Shown: positions 9,835 through 23,984, counted from the first letter of the stretch. The stretch is DNA of 37,800 nt from Halocafeteria seosinensis (GCA_001687465.1 LVLI01000052.1:1-37800), one strand, 5' to 3'. A program made the numbers and translations. The notes: generated from the sequence alone by a model not told the origin.

Positions 9835-12800
9835 ATGAGCGCAGCAGAGGAAAGCACTGGAGCCTCTCCCCCGAGCACACCACGCCACGTCGAAATAGAC
9901 TTGGATGGCAATTATAATGGTACCCAAGGTGGTCCCACTGCATCTACTGCATCAGCAAGTGCCTCGTCAACGAATAGAACCAGCGAACAGTCCGGAGAAT
10001 GCAACAGGACTGACCTTACAGCAGAAGAAGCGGCGGAAAGAGAGCGACAACAGATGGAGCAGGCAGCGAAAAAGAAGACGATAAGCTCCATTGAGTGGAA
10101 AGATTTCACTCTCTACCTGAGGATAGAAGAGCACTGTATCGAAATCAGTCGTATCGACCCCTTCAATTCGACTCGTACCGCAACTGGAAGATACGGAACA
10201 GGCGCCTGGAGCAAGCTCTCTAGGGAGAAGGAGGAGGCACATCTCGAATCGGAGCGAGCTGAGCGTATACGACAGTATATAAACCCCCCCTCGTCCTACC
10301 GTGCTGATACAGAAACAGAGACACATCCTCATGAAATTATATACAGGCTCTACACGGAAAACAAGCCCCTCGTCTGCTCATGGTATGATGTCAGTGTGTC
10401 GCGCAATGTGGGATACTATTCGGAATCATCGGGTGATCCGTTTTGTGGAGGGTTTGTGGTGTATCACAACAACAGAAAACTAGTTTATTATACCCCTTAT
10501 GTTTGGGATTGTGGAGACAGTTGTCCAATAAAGGTACGTAATGAATGCACGACTGAAGGTGACTTGAATATCCGACACCATTATGGCGGGAGTGCAGTGG
10601 AAGAAAGTCTTGGAACGTGAGATGGTGGAGCCTGTTGGCTCAATGCACTGGGTACCAGGAGTGGAGATTGGATTTTCATTTGTGTGGATACTATCTGGCG
10701 AATCTGGAGGGTTATGTGGAGATGCCTTGTGGATAGATCAAGCCACCTTCAAATCCGATAATAGCGATCCCGATGAGGAAAACAACAGGCGTTGTTTACG
10801 CCTTGGTCGAGCACGGAGTTCCAGGATCTATACATTGACGCCTTCGATAGGTGCTCCCAAGGAAGATGTGCCCATCTCATCCAAAGTTGGCTGTACTCCT
10901 GACTTGCGTATGATAGGCATAAGTGGCTTATGTGGCCACACCCGACAGGGAGACTGCGATTATATCAGTTTCGATGAAGGATCTCAAAATGTCTTTGGTA
11001 ACGAGCTAATGGGCTCCAGGTCACTGGAAATTCAGAATACCTCGATGCATGTGATGTGGGTCGACGAGAAGTTGGACTCGTTCTATGTACAAAGTATTGG
11101 GACAACGAATCGATGTATTGTCGATTTCTCTTGGAAGCAAATTAGGCCAAGTGGAGGCAGTGACGAGACGGAGGGCAGGGGATACTTACCAAGCCCAAAC
11201 CACCCCGTTTCTCAAATCATTTACGGAAATAGTATTGGGCGGGAGTATATCCCGTTGTCTAGCTCTCGACGTCGATTTGGTAGATCCCAACAGCCGAATG
11301 TTCTCTTCACAATTGACACGCTCATGGATGTCTCGATTTATAGTGAGTGTGAGCCCTGGAAGCCATGTAGTCTGCAGCCGCTGCTCCAGATCAGCAAGGA
11401 AACTATTAGTGCGCAGCTACACACAACCCTCAACCTTTCGAATGTTGAGCTTCAGCGAATAAACTCTTTTGACTGGGTAAAATACAAATGCCGTTCAGAA
11501 AGAACTCATTGGTCTTGTTTCTCTCCTGAGAGTGCGTCCGCAGCCGAGAAACCATACCGAGCTGATCGAGTGGTGAAAGTGAGAGGTAAACTGTTGAAGT
11601 TTCGTACTCCAGCTACTCGTTCAAGTGATAGCATCGTCGCCAAATTTGATGATGGGAAGGAACTACGAGTCCTCGGTTACTCACCTGAGAGTGCTCTTAT
11701 TATCGATGGCCCTTCTATTGTCCCCATACCCGGAAATCACGATGGACATTCTCGCTCGATTCCACCATTCATCGTCCTAGAGCATTCATCCCCTACGAAG
11801 AAGCGCCCAGCAGCCTCAGAGCGCGGCTCTGAAACCACGCGAGCGACTACCCCTCAATGGAACTTTGTTCCTTGCCAAAGCTTTCCCAATGACCGGCTAG
11901 AGATACATGGAGGTACAGAATCTCAAACGGAGGACACGCGTATAGCAGCTATCGTCACTTCATTGGATGCCCTGAAATGCTTCCCGCTGCGCATGGGCTG
12001 GCCGTCCTCTGGACATGTCATGCAAGACTATAACACTTTGATGACTGGAACTAGAACCCGTCCAACGATCTCTGGCAATGTAGATTTCTGTATTTTTAAT
12101 TTTCTTGTCAAATGTGCTGATGATACAGGAGCGCTGACGAGCCAAAGTTTGGACGTCATTTGGCGTTTTGATGGACTAGGTCGAATTCCGATTGTTGCCC
12201 CGCGCCATAGGTTATGGGGACATTGCTGGGATCCTTCCCCGCCCCCTTTTTCGTTCTGTGTAGAGGGGCGATGTTCTGTTATTTCAGAGGAGTCTAGCCC
12301 GCGGAATGACTTGCTCCCGTTTTTGAGTTTGAAGAACAATGCTTTTTCTCGCTTTGTTTGTTGTCAGTCGACTCCAGTAAGTAGACGGATTGTGCTGGGT
12401 CGTTTCTCTGTGAGATTTTTTATCTGTGTATTCCAATTGGACCTATGCAGAAAGCAGAATGTGCGCATGTTTCTCCCGCTTTAACGAGTGCCGCGATCAA
12501 TGAAAGATTATTGAGTCTTGAGGATCTTCGGATAACTATCGACAGGCTGGTGCGAGCAAAGTTCGCTTTCTCCACCAAAAGCAACCAGGATCAAATTGGA
12601 TTTTCGCCCCAACAATCCAATAGTCACTTCTTTAGCACTTCTGAGGGCTATGTTAAGCGTACTAAACAGCGTTCCATGGTTGAACTTGGCCCGGAATGGA
12701 CCCGGGATAAGTTCCAGAGCGTATTGAGCGAACTGAGTGACAGTTCCTTGAGAAACCAAGAAACTATGTTCTCTGAAAGCTGGTACGATGGAGCACCTGT

Positions 12801-15800
12801 GTGTCGAGTCGGGTATCTTCTGTGTGCTGCGTTGCTCCGTTTTGTGGACTTTTCGGCGTTTGGAACGGAAACTGCCTCCACAGAGCTGCAAAATTTCGCT
12901 GAATCTAGAGGATTGTACCTAAAGAGTCATTCGAAGGAAAATGGAAACAATATTGTGTCCGAATCAAGAAAGGAGCTTGATCAAGGCAACGGCGCCTTCC
13001 AGATATGGAGTCTTCCCGGTTACTGCAGTTATTTGCCTCGTCCGACTTTCATGATGGATAATACATCTCCTGTATGTTTAGGAACGCACCGGTGGATTGG
13101 GCCGAGTTTGCTGTCTAACGAAAGTCACTATAGCTTTTATTATGAAAGAGCCGCCGCAAACAAAAGTGCGCGGTCGAACGGCGCGAGATCAGCTCCAGCT
13201 CTGGTGGCTGGTAGGATCCGTGCCGAAATAGGGCTGATGACAATGACTTCAATTAAGGATGCGGTTATTCTTCCTGACTGGACAAGATTAATTTTTAGTA
13301 ACCTAGGAGGAGCGTTAAGGAAAGAAGGGGGCTTAGTTGACCCGCAAATGGCCGTGGTCGTATCAGACTCGTCTTTACAGATTCAGGTGCTTCGTTGTTC
13401 CGGCATCAGCTGGCGCGATCCTGTGATCATATGGCATCAGCGGATGAAAGAGTTGAAGCGCTGTATGAACGTCGAGCTAATGTGGACTAATTTGCCTCAG
13501 AATGAGAGATTGGAATTTGTGTTAAGCGTCACCAATAGACTACCTACTGACTCGCTGGAGCTATTCTTCTTCAAGGTTGTGCTAGAACCATCTTGTGCAG
13601 ATGAGGATGCTCGACTATCTTCCAATTTGGAAAATCTCCGTATGAATGGGTCCTATGAAGTGTTGGGTAGTATTTCCCCCTCAAAGGCTCCATTGAAGTT
13701 AAAAGCGAATGATTGCAGTATATCCAACATTTCTTGTTGTCGGATGGGGTCTACAGACATCTTGTTAGCGTTAGTCACATGGCGCTCCAAGCAAGATGAA
13801 GTTTGCATGTTTCATTCCTTTTCTTTGGGTAAAGACGAGCACGTTGGCACCGTGAGGGAGTGCATCCGGATTGACAAAACGTCTCGCAACATAGAATTCT
13901 GCTCGCTGGATTCATCTGGCGTAGGAGTAATCGGCGTGACAGAGCAAGGAGATAGTTGCCGTGGTCTGCGTCTTTGCTTCGTAAAACATGCGCTGGAAGT
14001 AGAGAGAAGCTCGACCTCGACCATATCTGTAACTGATAACTTGCACTGCCGTTATACGGTTTTATTAGAAAGGTTTCTGTCACGGTCTGGGTGTTGCTCT
14101 ATTCTTTGGCTATCAGACGTTTCGAAGAGTCGGTATCCGTCACTTGTAGTCAGTTCAGACAGCCGGATATGTTTGCTGTCTCCTTTTGCTCATCCCAACG
14201 CTTATAGACATTCTCCGTTGTATCTTTTGTGCGGAAACGTCATCTCTCTGGCGGACATGGTATCACAAGCACCTAATGTTGCTTTTGGTGATACCAATGT
14301 TGTACCTGTTTCCTCCCTGTTGTCCGCAAACGGACTTGAGGTGGCTTGCAAAGTGTATGGGAGCGAGGAGGATACAGGGTCCACTCTCTCACTGTCCTTC
14401 TTTATCACAGAAGTTTTGAATAATATTTTGGAAAAAGACGCGGATATCAGCGCAAGCAAGTGGAGTCTGGCCTCTATTAAGAATGGGACGTTGAATAATA
14501 GTGAGTCCATTTCAGTGGATCCTTGCCGGGAAATTCAATTATTCGCCCCCCAACTCAAGCAATGTCACCCGGCCGCGCTCGTTGATCTCATCAGGTCAGG
14601 GCGATCGGAGTGGTCACTACATATTCTGGCATCTCTGGCGATGGAGTTGAAGTCGCGGTACAGAAATAATTCGGAAGAATTCCAGCGAATAACTGCTCCC
14701 CCATTACCGTCTTTTGTCTTCCTACAAGACCTAGGAGAAGACCAGAAGCTCGACAACTACGAGTACAACTCGTTACCCAATTCGCTACCCTACGGCTACT
14801 TTGATCTTTCTTTGAATGCCACAGAAAGCCAAGCAAAGAACGTTGCCGAAGTATGGAAGAAGCAGCTTTGTTTTTCTCGAGACCAGCTGGATGTTCTCCG
14901 AGATGAATTGCCCCGTTGCTACATCAGGGACCTAACCCCCGCTGACTCGTTATTGATACTGGCATTGGCTGAAGCAGCAGCACTGGCGTTTGGAAGTGAA
15001 AAACATGATATTAACGTAGATTTGGACAGCTTCGGTAATCAATTCGTGTTCTCAGCCAAACTTTATACCCATACACTCGCACTCTTCCGAACTCGGCAGA
15101 GTAGGAGCGGATTTAGTGATCCGACGCTTTTCTGTACCACACCTGCAGGTACCAAGGCTAGCGTTAAGAACGCTCCAATGGCTCTGGACCTCTTTGGCAT
15201 CCCTGGTAAGGGGTCTTCTGGAGACTGTCTTGAGCATGTTCGGTGGGCCGATATTCTTTGGGGCTTTTGTAGTGAAACTCAGGAGCAATTGCTGACTGCT
15301 TGCAATTTTGTGGCAAATCCAGTGACTGGGAAGTCAGGTTTGAAGTGGAAACTGGTGCGAGGGTTTGGGATTCCCCTGTGGCTGAGGTCCGATAGACTGT
15401 TGCGTTCTTGCCTTGAACAGACAGCGTCTATAGAGTACATGGAGGTGCGAAATCCTTTTGATGTCTTCCTGTATTATATTATTCTTGGCCGCTCTAACCT
15501 TTCGTTACTTGCGTCTCTTTTTGCTAAGGGGGTTCCGGTTGAGGATGCCATTCAAGCGTATTCACAGAAGATGGCAGGTGAGGAAATAGCTGCAGCTCGC
15601 CGCAAGCTACAAAGAGATAGAATGACGTCGAAGAAAGTATCCAATTTTCTAGACAAGTACAACAAAACGGTCCCTACGACTGAGAAATTAAAAAATGCTT
15701 GCGCTAGCAATGCTTTAGCGTTGCTGTCTCAGCATCGGCATCGTGAAGCTTGTGCGTTCTTTCTATTGGCCCACAAACCAAAGGATGCCATACAGGTGTG

Positions 15801-18800
15801 TTTGCGACAGTTAGACGATCCGATTCTTGCACTTTTCATCGGGCGTATAGGGGCGGCAGAATGGCCACCCGCACCAGATTACACGAGCAATATTTTCCAC
15901 CAATTCTACTACCGATCTTCCCAGAGGTTTGCGAAGCACTCGTCCACATGGAACGGGCGGGATGATTGGTGGGGGAAAAGTGGTCCGGCGGAGGCTTCCA
16001 GCAGTAGTGGTAGTAGTACTAGCCGGAGGGTGGGCTTTGGTGATGGACCTGCGGAATCTGCACCTAGTGGTCAGGACGCTACTTCGTCTATACTAGATGA
16101 TTGGGATGGGCCTATGGACACTTCCACTTCACTGCTTGACCAATGGGACACTGGTGAAGAGCAACGCCGTCATCCACCTAGTTCATTGCTAGATCAGTGG
16201 GATGCTGGAGAGACCACAAATAATGCGCAAAGTTCCATGCTCGATCAATGGGACACCGGGGAACAATCAACGAGTGTAGATACAGGGGAGAGCGGACGAC
16301 GAGGTCCTGCTGGAAGCTCAAAAGAGGATCGAAACGAGAAAGCTTCGTTCCCAGATAATGCTGATAGTGAGAAACAGAATGGGACTGAGGAAGGCACGTC
16401 TTTGCTCGCTGCATGTGTGTTCTCTGCTTTTGTCTTCGATAGGTATTTTATTCCTTTAGCAGAAGATACGGACGCAGATCCATGGTATTCTTGTTTGGTC
16501 AAAGTACTAACTATGGAAGTGTCTGACGTGTCTGAAGCGTTCCTCAATCCTTTTCTCACTGATTCATCGAACACGAATGGCGATAGCGACCTGCGCCTTG
16601 AAAAGACTGAAATGTTCTATTTCCTTGACGAGAGATTGAGGACTCTTCCCCCAGGGAAGAGAGACGAAATAATTAACCCTTCCGGCAGTGTGATTAATGA
16701 GCCCCATTTGAATTTGATTCAAGATAAATTCTGGGCGAAATCGCCAAAGATGTTCATTGGGTTCCTTCGGGATGCTATATGTTTAGCTCAACGGCACGGT
16801 AACAAACTTTTGGAATTGAGCTTTATTGAACGACTAGAGCGGTTTTGCACGAATTCGATGAATTGCTCCATATTTAACCTTCTTGCCTGTGAAACTGGAC
16901 TCATATTAGCGACGCAGAATAAAGAGATTACCGATGTAGCAGCAAAAGCCCAGGAGCTTCTGCTTAGTCAAGTGGATGCTGAGGGAAGTGAGGCCAATGC
17001 TTATTCATGCTCTCCGGATTCTGCAGCACAGCTTGTTAAATTACTTGGATATCAAGGAGATGAAAATCTTCTCGGTAAATATTTCAGAAGAGTTTACTCA
17101 TCTCCCTTGCAGTCAGAATTCGAAGGGCTCTCTCGATGGCAGAACTTCGTTACTCGTAACCTGGTTCATCCCAAATCCAGTGTGTCACTGCGCAGTTTGA
17201 GGAGGGAATACACTACGTTGAGGTGTTTGGATACTTTTCTCCACAGCGAAGAGCCTTCTCGCCCTTATCTTAAACCTTGCGCGTTTGCTTGTGGAAGAAG
17301 ACTCGTAATCACTTATGGTTTCAGTCCAATACTTCTCGTGTTAAGGTCTGTCGCGAGTGCTTTAGACTCGTCCAGATGGGAGTGCGTCTACACGTTACTG
17401 TTTTCTAGTCCTTCAGTCACTCGAGATGGTGCCTGTGAAGAGTCCGGATGGCCCATTTTGGACGTGCTCAAAGCAGTTTGTGGAGGCTTGAGTGAAGGAA
17501 CGAAGGTCTTGTCGGAGCATGTAGGCATCTCTCTTCTTCAGCCACAGAATAGAGACCCGAACAGTGATCCTTCGTTTTGCACTCTGCTGGAAGCGTTGGA
17601 ACAAGAAGTGACACCTGAACTTGCTACGCTTTTCCAGTACATGGCTCCGGTTGAAGCTCGAAGTACGTCAACATCCGGAAAAACTGGGACCTGGACAAAA
17701 TACCTTATGGAACAACTGTGCACTCTTCTATGTGAGCGGTATGTTATCGGAGCGCTGCAGCAATGTTTTGCTTACTTTCAGTATTTGTCACTAGCAATAC
17801 CTTTCGTTTTAGGATTCTTAAACCGTCAGAACTTCTCTGTAGCGGAGTTTAATGAGCAATTAAATGAAGTGTTAGGTCCGGAGGCAAGCTTTAGTAGTCC
17901 GGTGGTCAGCCCATATGGTGTCAACTCACTTCTTAAGGGAAGTTGCGAGAACATTCTCAACTCGATGAAGTATGTAGATGGTGACTCTGAGGCTGCGGGA
18001 CTGCTCACGGATATACTCTTGGGTATGGTTAACGAACTACAAGAAAACGTCAGCGAGTACTTGAAACAGCTGCTGGCTACCTGGCGTGGTCGTTCAATGA
18101 GCACGTGTGGTAACATCTCTGCTTGCAATCCTTCTACCGAACTAAATTCGCGAATCTATTCAATGGCGACGAGTCTTCTGGCCACGACAACTTCTGACGA
18201 AGCTCCAAACTTATCCAATGACACGAGTCTTAACCTAAACGGTGATGAGGATGCGTGCTCTATGTTGCGGTTCTTACTTAGTGGTTTTCCTCCGTCTCGA
18301 GGCTCTGTAAAAAACCCAGGTTCGACACTTACTTTGGATAATATTTCTGCGGAGTTTGGTGATCTAACAGAGAACAGATCGCCAGCGGACAGCCAAATTT
18401 TCTCCCGATTCTACTCCCTAATTGACAGTGTGTTTGAAGAGGTCTTCGGCTCCGAGCAACGACAAACATTCAAACCACTATGGAGTCGAACTGGTGGCAA
18501 CTCTGCATTGTGGATTTTGTTTTTAGAAAGATGGGGACAACATCAAGCAATTCAGCGTTGTGGTGTTGGTGACCCTTCTGATAAGGTAGCTGAACGGCAT
18601 CACAATTTCTCGACAGGTGAGGACCTTCTAGCTTCGACAAAACATAAGTGGCAGCGCCCTTCGTTCTATTATAAACCCCGAATCGAATGTAGGGACAAAT
18701 ACACGCTTGTGAACAGGTCGAAAGAGCTAATAAGCTCATTCTGTCTTAATCCTGTCGACCAGGACTGTCTGGCCATCTCTGCGGCAGATGGGCTGTTTGA

Positions 18801-19977
18801 GGTGTCGCTACAAGACAAATTGAATCGAAACACTGTCGGTAGTGCGTTGGACCGAGAATTGCATGTGGCCATGGGGGTAACAAGGACTACCAGGAATTAT
18901 CCTTCAAGTTACTTCAGGTCTAGTCGGTTCACCGAAATTCCCTTGTCGGAACAGTTAATTTATTGCGATGAGGAGCAGAAGCGACAGCATTCAAGATTTT
19001 CGAACAGCTCGCGGAAGAATATTAGGCGCCACGCTACCATTGCTCGTTTGTCCCATCATCCGTCTCTTCCATTCTATGTTTCAGGTGGAGTATCCGGACA
19101 AGTACTCCTCTGGAAGGAGAACCAGGAGAGTGGTGTCATCCGCTACCAGCAAAAACGGGAAAGGTCTGATTCCCCAGAAAACGAGAAGTTGATTTCTGCC
19201 GTACGTTGGAGCCCCGACTCGCGGTCGGTAGCCGCTGGCGATGTCCATGGAGGGTTATGGGTGTGGTCTGCGGAGTCTCCATCGTGCCCATCATATGCTC
19301 TACAAGCACACTCTCAGCGATGTGAAGACATCACCTTTCTGAACGAAGGTTCTATAATGGCCGTGGTCGGAAGCTCGCATGAGGTACCAAAATCGGATCA
19401 TACAGGAGTAGCTACTGTCGATACTGGCGCTCCAATTAAAGTGTGTGACTTTCCAGCTCCTCCCGCGTTTTACCATAGCAAAGGGCCTTCTCTGTCGGTC
19501 ATAGACACTCGGGTTCAAAGACGCTCTCATCGCGTTATTTCTGCGTACCTTCACTCGGGCACAGCCCACTGCGTCGCATATGACCAACCAACCCGGAGTT
19601 TAATCAGTTGCGGAAGTAAAGGAGAGATTAGCATCTTTGATTTGAGAATGCACACAGTGCGGAAAACAGTTACTGCGCCTCCGGACGACAATGGCAATCT
19701 CAAACCAATCAGTTGCATTAGTCTAGACCCTTCAGGACATCATTTTGCCACAGGTTCGACTGACGGAAGCGTCCGACTTTGGGATCTTAAGGATCCTGAC
19801 CCCAGCAATATCGTTACGATCCCGAATCTTCATCCCGAAAGCCATTTTGTGGCATACAAACTATCGGACAAGGTACTCTCCCATTTTGGCACAACAGATG
19901 TTCTTCTTACGGAACAGTATTTGCTGAGTACCGGTGCAAACGGTGTCGTCAACGTGTTTCCGAAGCTATGGTATTAA
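9835..19977 (+). CDS. DMXL: DmX-like / rabconnectin-3 alpha (Rav1 homologue, V-ATPase assembly factor), about 3,334 aa; 3 exons
   Basis: Rav1p_C-type motifs WADILWGFCSETQEQLL, GFGIPLWLRS, NALALLSQHRHREACAFFLLA and DAIQVCLRQLDDPILALFIGR. C-terminal WD40 repeats (HHPSLPFYVSGG..GQVLLW, FATGSTDGSVRLWD). Introns 10534-10597 and 12377-12450 join the three overlapping ORFs in frame. Confidence 0.85.
16084..16263 (+). repeat. Four S[ILM]LD[DQ]WD peptide repeats within a disordered insertion of DMXL
   Basis: SILDDWD, SLLDQWDTGE, SLLDQWDAGE, SMLDQWDTGE. Confidence 0.85.
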
Positions 19978-20501
19978 CTTAATACTCTTATGTACTGGAC
20001 TTGGAAATTGCTTGGGCCTAGTAGTATCATTAGGATTACATGAAAGGAATAGACGTTTCTAGAGCGATTCTTATAATCAAGTACCACCAGTCACATACAC
20101 GTACGATCAGGAGTTGCAACGTACCTTGACAAATGGACACAGTCGATTTACAGGTACCTTGTTACGGCGTCATACATATGTATGTATATGAAAGCATAAC
20201 CTTAAAACATGAAACGACTGTTGCACTCAGCTCAGGTGATTTAGAACAGACTACCCGCGACAGAGTACTTGGTTCGTACACAGAAAAAAACTATCTGTTT
20301 TAAACTGATTCCCATGCATGACGTAACTTCCGCGGTCACCCTAACGCTTCCAACCAACAAACAAATGTTGAGGTTGAACTCGTCCATGTTCCGACGGTCA
20401 TTGGAGGGCTCCTTTCGACACGTTTGATGATCTCCCGTTCATTATGTACGGGTAGATAGGTGCATTAGGTTACGTAGAATCACATAAGACCTGCGAGAAC
20501 G

Positions 20502-22250
20502 ATGGTTTCTCGCAGTGTAATTAACGATATGGCTTCATCGTTCCTGGCCAGCGCCACCAGCGATGACCCTTTGATCGGGAAAACCCTTCGTATTCAACAA
20601 GCCAGCGTGTATGTGAATAAGGCGCTTGCCGACGGTGGTTTTGGCAAAGTGTACTTGGTGTCGGATGCGTCTCGAGGCGGTCAGCAGTACGTCCTGAAGC
20701 ACATGTACATCCAAGGAGAGGAGAGCAAGCGCCAATTAAAGCAAGAAATTGAGATTATGGGCCAATTATCCCATGAAAACATCATTCGCTTCCTCGGATA
20801 CAGTGCGGCCAAAGGGAATCAAGTGTTCTTGTTGATGGAATACTGTCCTGGAGGCCACCTCTTGGATGTAATCAACAGTCTGTCACCGGGAACGGTGACC
20901 ACAAACACGGTATTAACGTATTTTACGCCCATTGCCAAAGCCGTGGCGCATATGCATGCGCAGAATCCTTCGATAGCCCACAGAGACCTCAAGTTTGAGA
21001 ATATTCTTATTGCGTCCGACAACAGCCTCAAACTGTGCGATTTTGGATCGGCGTCCAAGCGGCAGGGCAAGATCCAATCCAAACAGGAACGCGCGGACGA
21101 AGAGGATACAATTGAACGATTCACAACACCCACATACAGAGCACCGGAAATGGTAGATTTATACAGTGGTAGCCCAATAGATGAGCGAGTAGATATTTGG
21201 GCCCTAGGATGCATTCTTTATGGTCTCATGTACCAAGAACACCCCTTCCAGGATACGGGCACACTAGCGATACTCTCTGGAAGGGTGAAGCTAAAAGAAT
21301 TTCCACGCTTCCCCACCAAGTTAAAGGATCTTGCCCTCGTTTGCTTTAGATTATCACCGGAAGAAAGGCCCACCGCGGATAGCGTTGTAAAATATTGCGA
21401 GCAATTCCGAGAAGGTCTTAGGCGAGGTCAGGATCCTGCGAATATCACTTTGCCTCCGCTACTGACGAAAGACGGGAGGGATTGTATTGAAGTTATGGAA
21501 GAGACCACAGTAAACGAAATGGATGATATGTTTTCCCAAGCGGAACTAACTTCAGGGAGTCAAAAGCAAAAGAAAAAGGGAAAAAAGAAAAACAAGAGTA
21601 GGCAGACTCAGGACTCAGCTACGCCAACAGATAGCAGTTGTGGTGGAACGAAGTCTGCGTTGTTGCAGTCGAGGCTGCAAGGTAAAACACAAACGAAAAC
21701 TCCGAGCTCAAATTTTGGCATACGACAACCTGGAGCCCAACAAGACACTGAAGAGGCTGAAGATTCGTTTGACCCATTTGACGATGCTCCCGACGAAGAC
21801 ATCTGGGACACCGGTAATAATACGTCCAAGAATCACGGTGGTTCCGGAGGAACAGACGAGTTCGATCCATTTGAGTCCTTGCCTAATGATTCTGCCCCCA
21901 AGGGTAAACACAAGGGAATCACTCCACATCGGCCAAAGCAATTGCCGCAGAAGAGTAAGGATGATTCACAAACAAAGCGGTCGATGAACTCGGAGGACGT
22001 AGATATTTTGGGCGGCCCAATTCTCACTGAAGAAGAAGACCTTCTCGGAAACCACTCGAGCACGCCCGCAGACAGTCGTTTTGCAAGTGCTCCTGGGCGG
22101 CCGGTACATGCCTACGGATTTCACGGTTACGGTGGGGGTAGTTCACCGGTGAGCTCTCCCGGCGTACCTAGACAGCTGTCAGCCCAGTCATACGGGTTCC
22201 ATGGTAGCTCGAGCGTTCCCAGAAGTCCGTATCATTGGAGTCCTGGATGA
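20502..22250 (+). CDS. Numb-associated kinase (NAK/AAK1/GAK/Ark1-Prk1 family) Ser/Thr kinase with DPF-containing disordered tail
   Basis: Kinase motifs LADGGFGKVYLV, LMEYC, IAHRDLKFENIL, KLCDFGSAS, NAK-typical activation segment IERFTTPTYRAPEMVDLY, and DIWALGCILY. The tail has FDPF twice. No intron needed. The start could be ATG 20502 or 20529. Confidence 0.9.
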   Translation: MVSRSVINDMASSFLASATSDDPLIGKTLRIQQASVYVNKALADGGFGKVYLVSDASRGGQQYVLKHMYIQGEESKRQLKQEIEIMGQLSHENIIRFLGYSAAKGNQVFLLMEYCPGGHLLDVINSLSPGTVTTNTVLTYFTPIAKAVAHMHAQNPSIAHRDLKFENILIASDNSLKLCDFGSASKRQGKIQSKQERADEEDTIERFTTPTYRAPEMVDLYSGSPIDERVDIWALGCILYGLMYQEHPFQDTGTLAILSGRVKLKEFPRFPTKLKDLALVCFRLSPEERPTADSVVKYCEQFREGLRRGQDPANITLPPLLTKDGRDCIEVMEETTVNEMDDMFSQAELTSGSQKQKKKGKKKNKSRQTQDSATPTDSSCGGTKSALLQSRLQGKTQTKTPSSNFGIRQPGAQQDTEEAEDSFDPFDDAPDEDIWDTGNNTSKNHGGSGGTDEFDPFESLPNDSAPKGKHKGITPHRPKQLPQKSKDDSQTKRSMNSEDVDILGGPILTEEEDLLGNHSSTPADSRFASAPGRPVHAYGFHGYGGGSSPVSSPGVPRQLSAQSYGFHGSSSVPRSPYHWSPG

Positions 22251-23984
22251 GTAGCACTGTGTTGCTTAGCAGCTGCTAGCACCCAGACCTTGTTTGCCCC
22301 CTTACGATACGTATGTGTAAAACATGCGTTCAATTCATGAATTACTTGTCTTTCAACCCGGTGATGTTTGGCATTTGCCATTACACGTAGAAGGGGCTGA
22401 ACTGCTGTAGCAGGCGACGCCAGACGCTTTCTTACCCGCTGAAAGAATAGCTATTTAATTCGAATACTTCGATTTGGTCAATTCTTCATTCGCTCCAGCA
22501 CATCTAACAATATATGTTAAAGAGTTATGGTTTCAACCATTGTATTCTACGTCACTAAGTTCAGCATAGCGATAAACAACATAGGCTCCCTCCTAAGACT
22601 TGCGCAGGAACTTGTATTTCAAATACTTTTGGGGAAAACGTGTATTAGCATTTTCTGTTGCGATATCACCCGCGAAAATCGCAAAACAATTGATATTGCG
22701 ACACGTTTGCCCGCGGACGCGATTTGCGCCGGCAAACAGATGCCATGTTTGCTTTGCAAGAGATTGTGGAGGCATAGCTAGTAGTCTTATACGAAGACAC
22801 TAACTTGTGCGCACTCCATGCACGGCAACAAACAATACCTACGAGTGAGGAAAACGGGAAAGTAAAAGCCCTGTGAAACGCTGGTACTGTCGTATTTCCT
22901 GCAAGTACCCAAAACCAGGATTGACGCCTGCTGTTCCGTACCAGGCACGATGGGCAGCACAGTCGTACCACACATTTGTTTCATTTGCGATGGGATGTCA
23001 ACCTACGTACTTGTAATGCTCTTGTTCCGGGTCTTACCCGCCGAATGCGGCGACTTCTTTCTTGTCTTGGTACTACCATAGTTAATCGTTATCCCTTTAT
23101 TGTTTTGCTATAGGATACCTACATGCAATATGCTCTAGTCTATCACAGAACTGTATGCAATAAGATAGTCTAAGGCTGGGGTGTTACCTCATGTTCAGCT
23201 TTTGAAATCATGCAGCAATTGTCAAAAAAAAAAAACGCCACAGGCTAGTATGTATATAGAATACCTAGCAAGAAACATTCTACTACTAACTAAATATATT
23301 AGCAGCATCTGCCGTTAACGTGCAGCTTTTCAAAGCTGCTTTTGTGAATTTGCTGGTTCGGTCCGGCCGGCGGCTAGGGTGGCAGGTACGGATCTCAGTA
23401 CTGGCAGTACTGTACTGCGTCACTGAACTTCTGGAACTAGTCTGTGCGACCACCCTCCTGCGACCAGTTCCAACGTGTCCTTCGAATCGGCTTCGATGTG
23501 GGAGCAATAGAAGCTCATTATTACCATTAATAGTCCTTTAAAGACGTTCGAGGAATGTTGTAAAAAGTCAGCAACAATACCCTTCGACACTGAGAGAAGG
23601 AAAAGAGGACTACTGTCTTTACTTTTTGATACGGTTTTGGTCTGTTCATTCTCCATAATACCACTGCTTATCGGCTGAAAGTAAGAACACCATTGCATTT
23701 CTCCCAAATGGGAAAGCGCATAAGAAAGGAAGCTCTTAGGGTCAATGTTTGGGGTATAGAGGAAGGTGCAGTTGTGTCGGACTCATGCTTGCTACTCGAC
23801 TTTGAGCTAGCCACAGATGTCGTCTCGGAACCCTTTTTGCTGGCAATGCTGGGAGACAGAGCTTGACTTCGCTTCCAACTTGGCGCCGGGTCGCTTGAAC
23901 ATGTTGAAGTTCTATCTTCTTTCTCTTTGCCGTTGTAACGTCTCACTTGATCTGTTATGCTTTCTTCAGGTCTGACTACTGCAA

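Noticed and set aside
9826..12484. Overlapping ORFs 9826-10620, 10583-12484 and 12445-19977 suggesting programmed frameshifting
   Set aside because: Canonical phase-0 introns 10534-10597 and 12377-12450 join them cleanly.
20170..20183. Perfect 14-bp palindrome CATACATATGTATG
   Set aside because: Low-complexity TA/CA-rich sequence with no other support.
20337..20345. CACCCTAAC as a telomerase RNA template
   Set aside because: One short match with no supporting structure; more likely a telo-box-like promoter motif or chance.
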